The notes under the pieces are model-generated. The model was given only the letters and a program-made list of their open reading frames with translations, had not been told where the DNA came from and did no database searches. From Lingula anatina (Eukaryota > Animalia > Brachiopoda), in NCBI GenBank assembly GCA_051362555.1, contig CM120647.1, positions 4,464,001-4,528,000 of the forward strand: 64,000 bases of DNA, in the 5' to 3' direction. The translations under genes were made by a program, and so were the position numbers. Shown one piece after another: positions 61,610-64,000 of the stretch (its first letter is position 1; every line of letters begins with the position of its first letter).

Positions 61610-63310
61610 GTTTTGGTGCAAGTGAAACGAAAGCAGTAACTGCAATAGAATCATACAGATAGCTAACCATTACAAAATACATTACTAGCATACAGATCCC
61701 TAACAACAACAACAACAATTAAAAAAAATGATGAGCAAAGTTGTGGATGGCGAGTTTGATTATTCAACAAGCAGAGTAGCCAGCAGGCTACATACTTGCA
61801 ACCTATTTGGTGTTTTCATTACCGTGTGCGTACGCTATATAAGTAAAGACGTCGAGTTGTCAAGTTAAGTATATATATTTGCTGTTGCTCGATTAGACTC
61901 GTTCTATAGGCTTCCATGTTTTTTTTCCCAGAGTGATCTTATATAAAGCACAAAAAAATATCCCTTAGCGACATTTTAGAGTTCTTGCACACAGTTGTCA
62001 AAAATGCGCTGCAAATGTGTAAGAAGAAATTCACCATGCAAGTGAGTTACTGGTTTAAATTTGAAAGGGTTTGAACGCTCCCCGCAGTCTTGCTGCAAAT
62101 GTCAAGTGCTCTTGCGCACTGGCAGCGAATTTTTGCAAATTTGATATAAGATTTTTATTTCGTGTTGAAAGTTATCTGGAATTTGCGTTAAAGTTATGTC
62201 ACAGCTGTATTAAGATAAGCAGAAAAAAAATGGAAAAGCACTACATCTAGTTCAGCTTTACAAAGGTTTTAAAACCCTATACTTACCAAATATCCACCTT
62301 CACCTACGAGTCCCTTTACGATGCAGATTATTTCCCTGGTCTGTTAACATAACACCCCACAGACAAACGAACTGCCTTCTTTATCGTTATATAAAGCTGT
62401 CAGGTGTTTTATAGTCAATTAATATCCAAAGCGATAAGATATGTACGTTTATCGTCTGGTTTTGCCATTTGACATTTTGATAGTCTTCTTACACGTGTCA
62501 ATTCAACAGTAATATTTTAGAAAGTTCATTTAAAAGCTTGGCAGGGGAGATTTAAGCTTACACGCTACCTAACCTAGAACAATTATTCGAATGTCAGTTT
62601 TTTTTATTAGTCTAACTTTGATTTGTTTACAAAAGTTAAATTTAAAGCGACAGTGTTTGTGGCTTATCCCACGTAGCGCAAATAAATGTGTATAAAATCC
62701 CACCACATTTAGTGTCGCGGTTTTGACATCATTTTAATTTATAGTTTATTCTATACGTAATACATTTTACTCATTTTTTAAAATTAAATTTGAGGATGTA
62801 TGGACTCCATGAAAGAGGTTTTGCATGGTCTCTGGATAAGATAATAAAATATAATTTTTTTTCACTTAAATGATATCAATCTGCATGATGATGATTCGAT
62901 CCAGTACCTGATGGACCTTGGTTACGTAAAACTACATTTAGTATAATTAATTGTGTTTATGTAGGAAATGGTTTGTTTTTAGTTGTGGTAATACCTTTGA
63001 TAATAATACATAAACGCTTTGTTTATATGAAATAATCTTAGTTTGGTTCTTGTGTCTGCACATTTTGACCTTAAGTATATAGATGTACATTCATTGAAAA
63101 ACTCACGTGTGATAAGAATACACCAAACGTGCATAAAACTAGTTTAATTGACTACATAAAAACATTATAATTTTAAATAGGTATAAGTTACTGAATATTG
63201 CATTTAAGCAAATAACGTGCGAATGATAAACCTATTTATTGACTGGCTATTATTAATTCCCTTTATCATCAAAGATGCATTACGTCGTAAAACACCGTGC
63301 AGTTCATGTC

Positions 63311-63396
63311 CAGCAAACACAGAATGTTACTATAACGTTAGCGTTACGTTATGTAAACGTTGTGGTAACGTTATAATAGCGTTTGTGTTTGCTGGG
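63311..63396. mobile_element. Small TIR element relic (cagcaaacac...gtgtttgctg)
   Basis: Inverted ends with internal aacgtt motifs. A related element with similar ends lies at about 19829-20101. Confidence 0.45.
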
Positions 63397-63409
63397 TGAA
63401 CTGCGCCTG

Positions 63410-63544
63410 GGCCCAGTCACACATAAAAAACGTAAGTCAGTTCCCTGGCTAGTTGACCAGGATTTCTATTAGAGTGCTGAAACACTGTTCCTGATAGGGT
63501 AAGATGTATCCATGTTCCATGTCCTTTTTTTGTGAATCTGGGGC
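63410..63544. mobile_element. Harbinger-like MITE
   Basis: CTG|ggcccagtcacaca ... tgtgaatctggggc|CTG. Confidence 0.5.
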
Positions 63545-64000
63545 CTGGGCTAATAATGGTACATACAAATGTATTAACGTTCATTAATTATTTTAAATGA
63601 CATATGTAAATAAACAGTATTCAATTAAATGCGAAGACACCTGTTGTCCTTTATACACGTGTGTTGTTTCCAAAATCAAAATCACTTGATTTAATATTTA
63701 AGAACAGCGTAGGCGGGTTGGGTTTCTTCAGCTTGGTAAGGTTTTTCATAAAGGTTATTTTCCTGAAAAGAGACAAATTATTATATCATTTAATCATGTC
63801 TTGTATTAATATAAGCACGCCGTGTCGTTGTCTCCTTTCAAATACTTTTTCTATTTAGTCATCCAGATCCATTTAATACTCTTGGAATCCAAACACGTTG
63901 CAGGAGGCCTGATTATGATGTTGAAAAATTAACCTTGGAAGTATCAGTACTCGAGTTATCAATCACTTCTTGCTTACTTACCTCTCTACTCTGTATAACA

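Overview
AT-rich eukaryotic genomic DNA with spliceosomal introns. The repeat content suggests a marine invertebrate, but the species cannot be determined from the sequence. The window holds a tandem array of five copies of a 4-exon gene for an uncharacterised ~280-aa secreted protein (+ strand). Copies 4 and 5 are intact, copies 2 and 3 are frameshifted, and copy 1 has a GC donor with its first exon outside the window. Copies 1 and 5 are each followed by an immunoglobulin-domain gene, so the two gene types were duplicated together. The left Ig gene was broken by a 2.5-kb inversion between two inverted Ginger1-type DNA transposons (TGT..ACA ends, CCGG target duplications), which splits one exon in two. 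The right Ig gene looks intact but has lost one Ig exon. A young 7.6-kb Gypsy/Ty3 LTR element sits in intron 1 of copy 5. It has non-canonical TA..TA ends, gag and pol in one frame separated only by UGA-CUAG (a readthrough context), and an internal deletion that removed integrase and the N-terminus of an env-like ORF. Also present are an Ngaro/DIRS-like remnant with an SGNH fragment, Tc1 and Penelope relics, piggyBac-, Kolobok- and Harbinger-like MITEs, minisatellites and microsatellites. All calls come from reading the sequence by eye; no database search was run.
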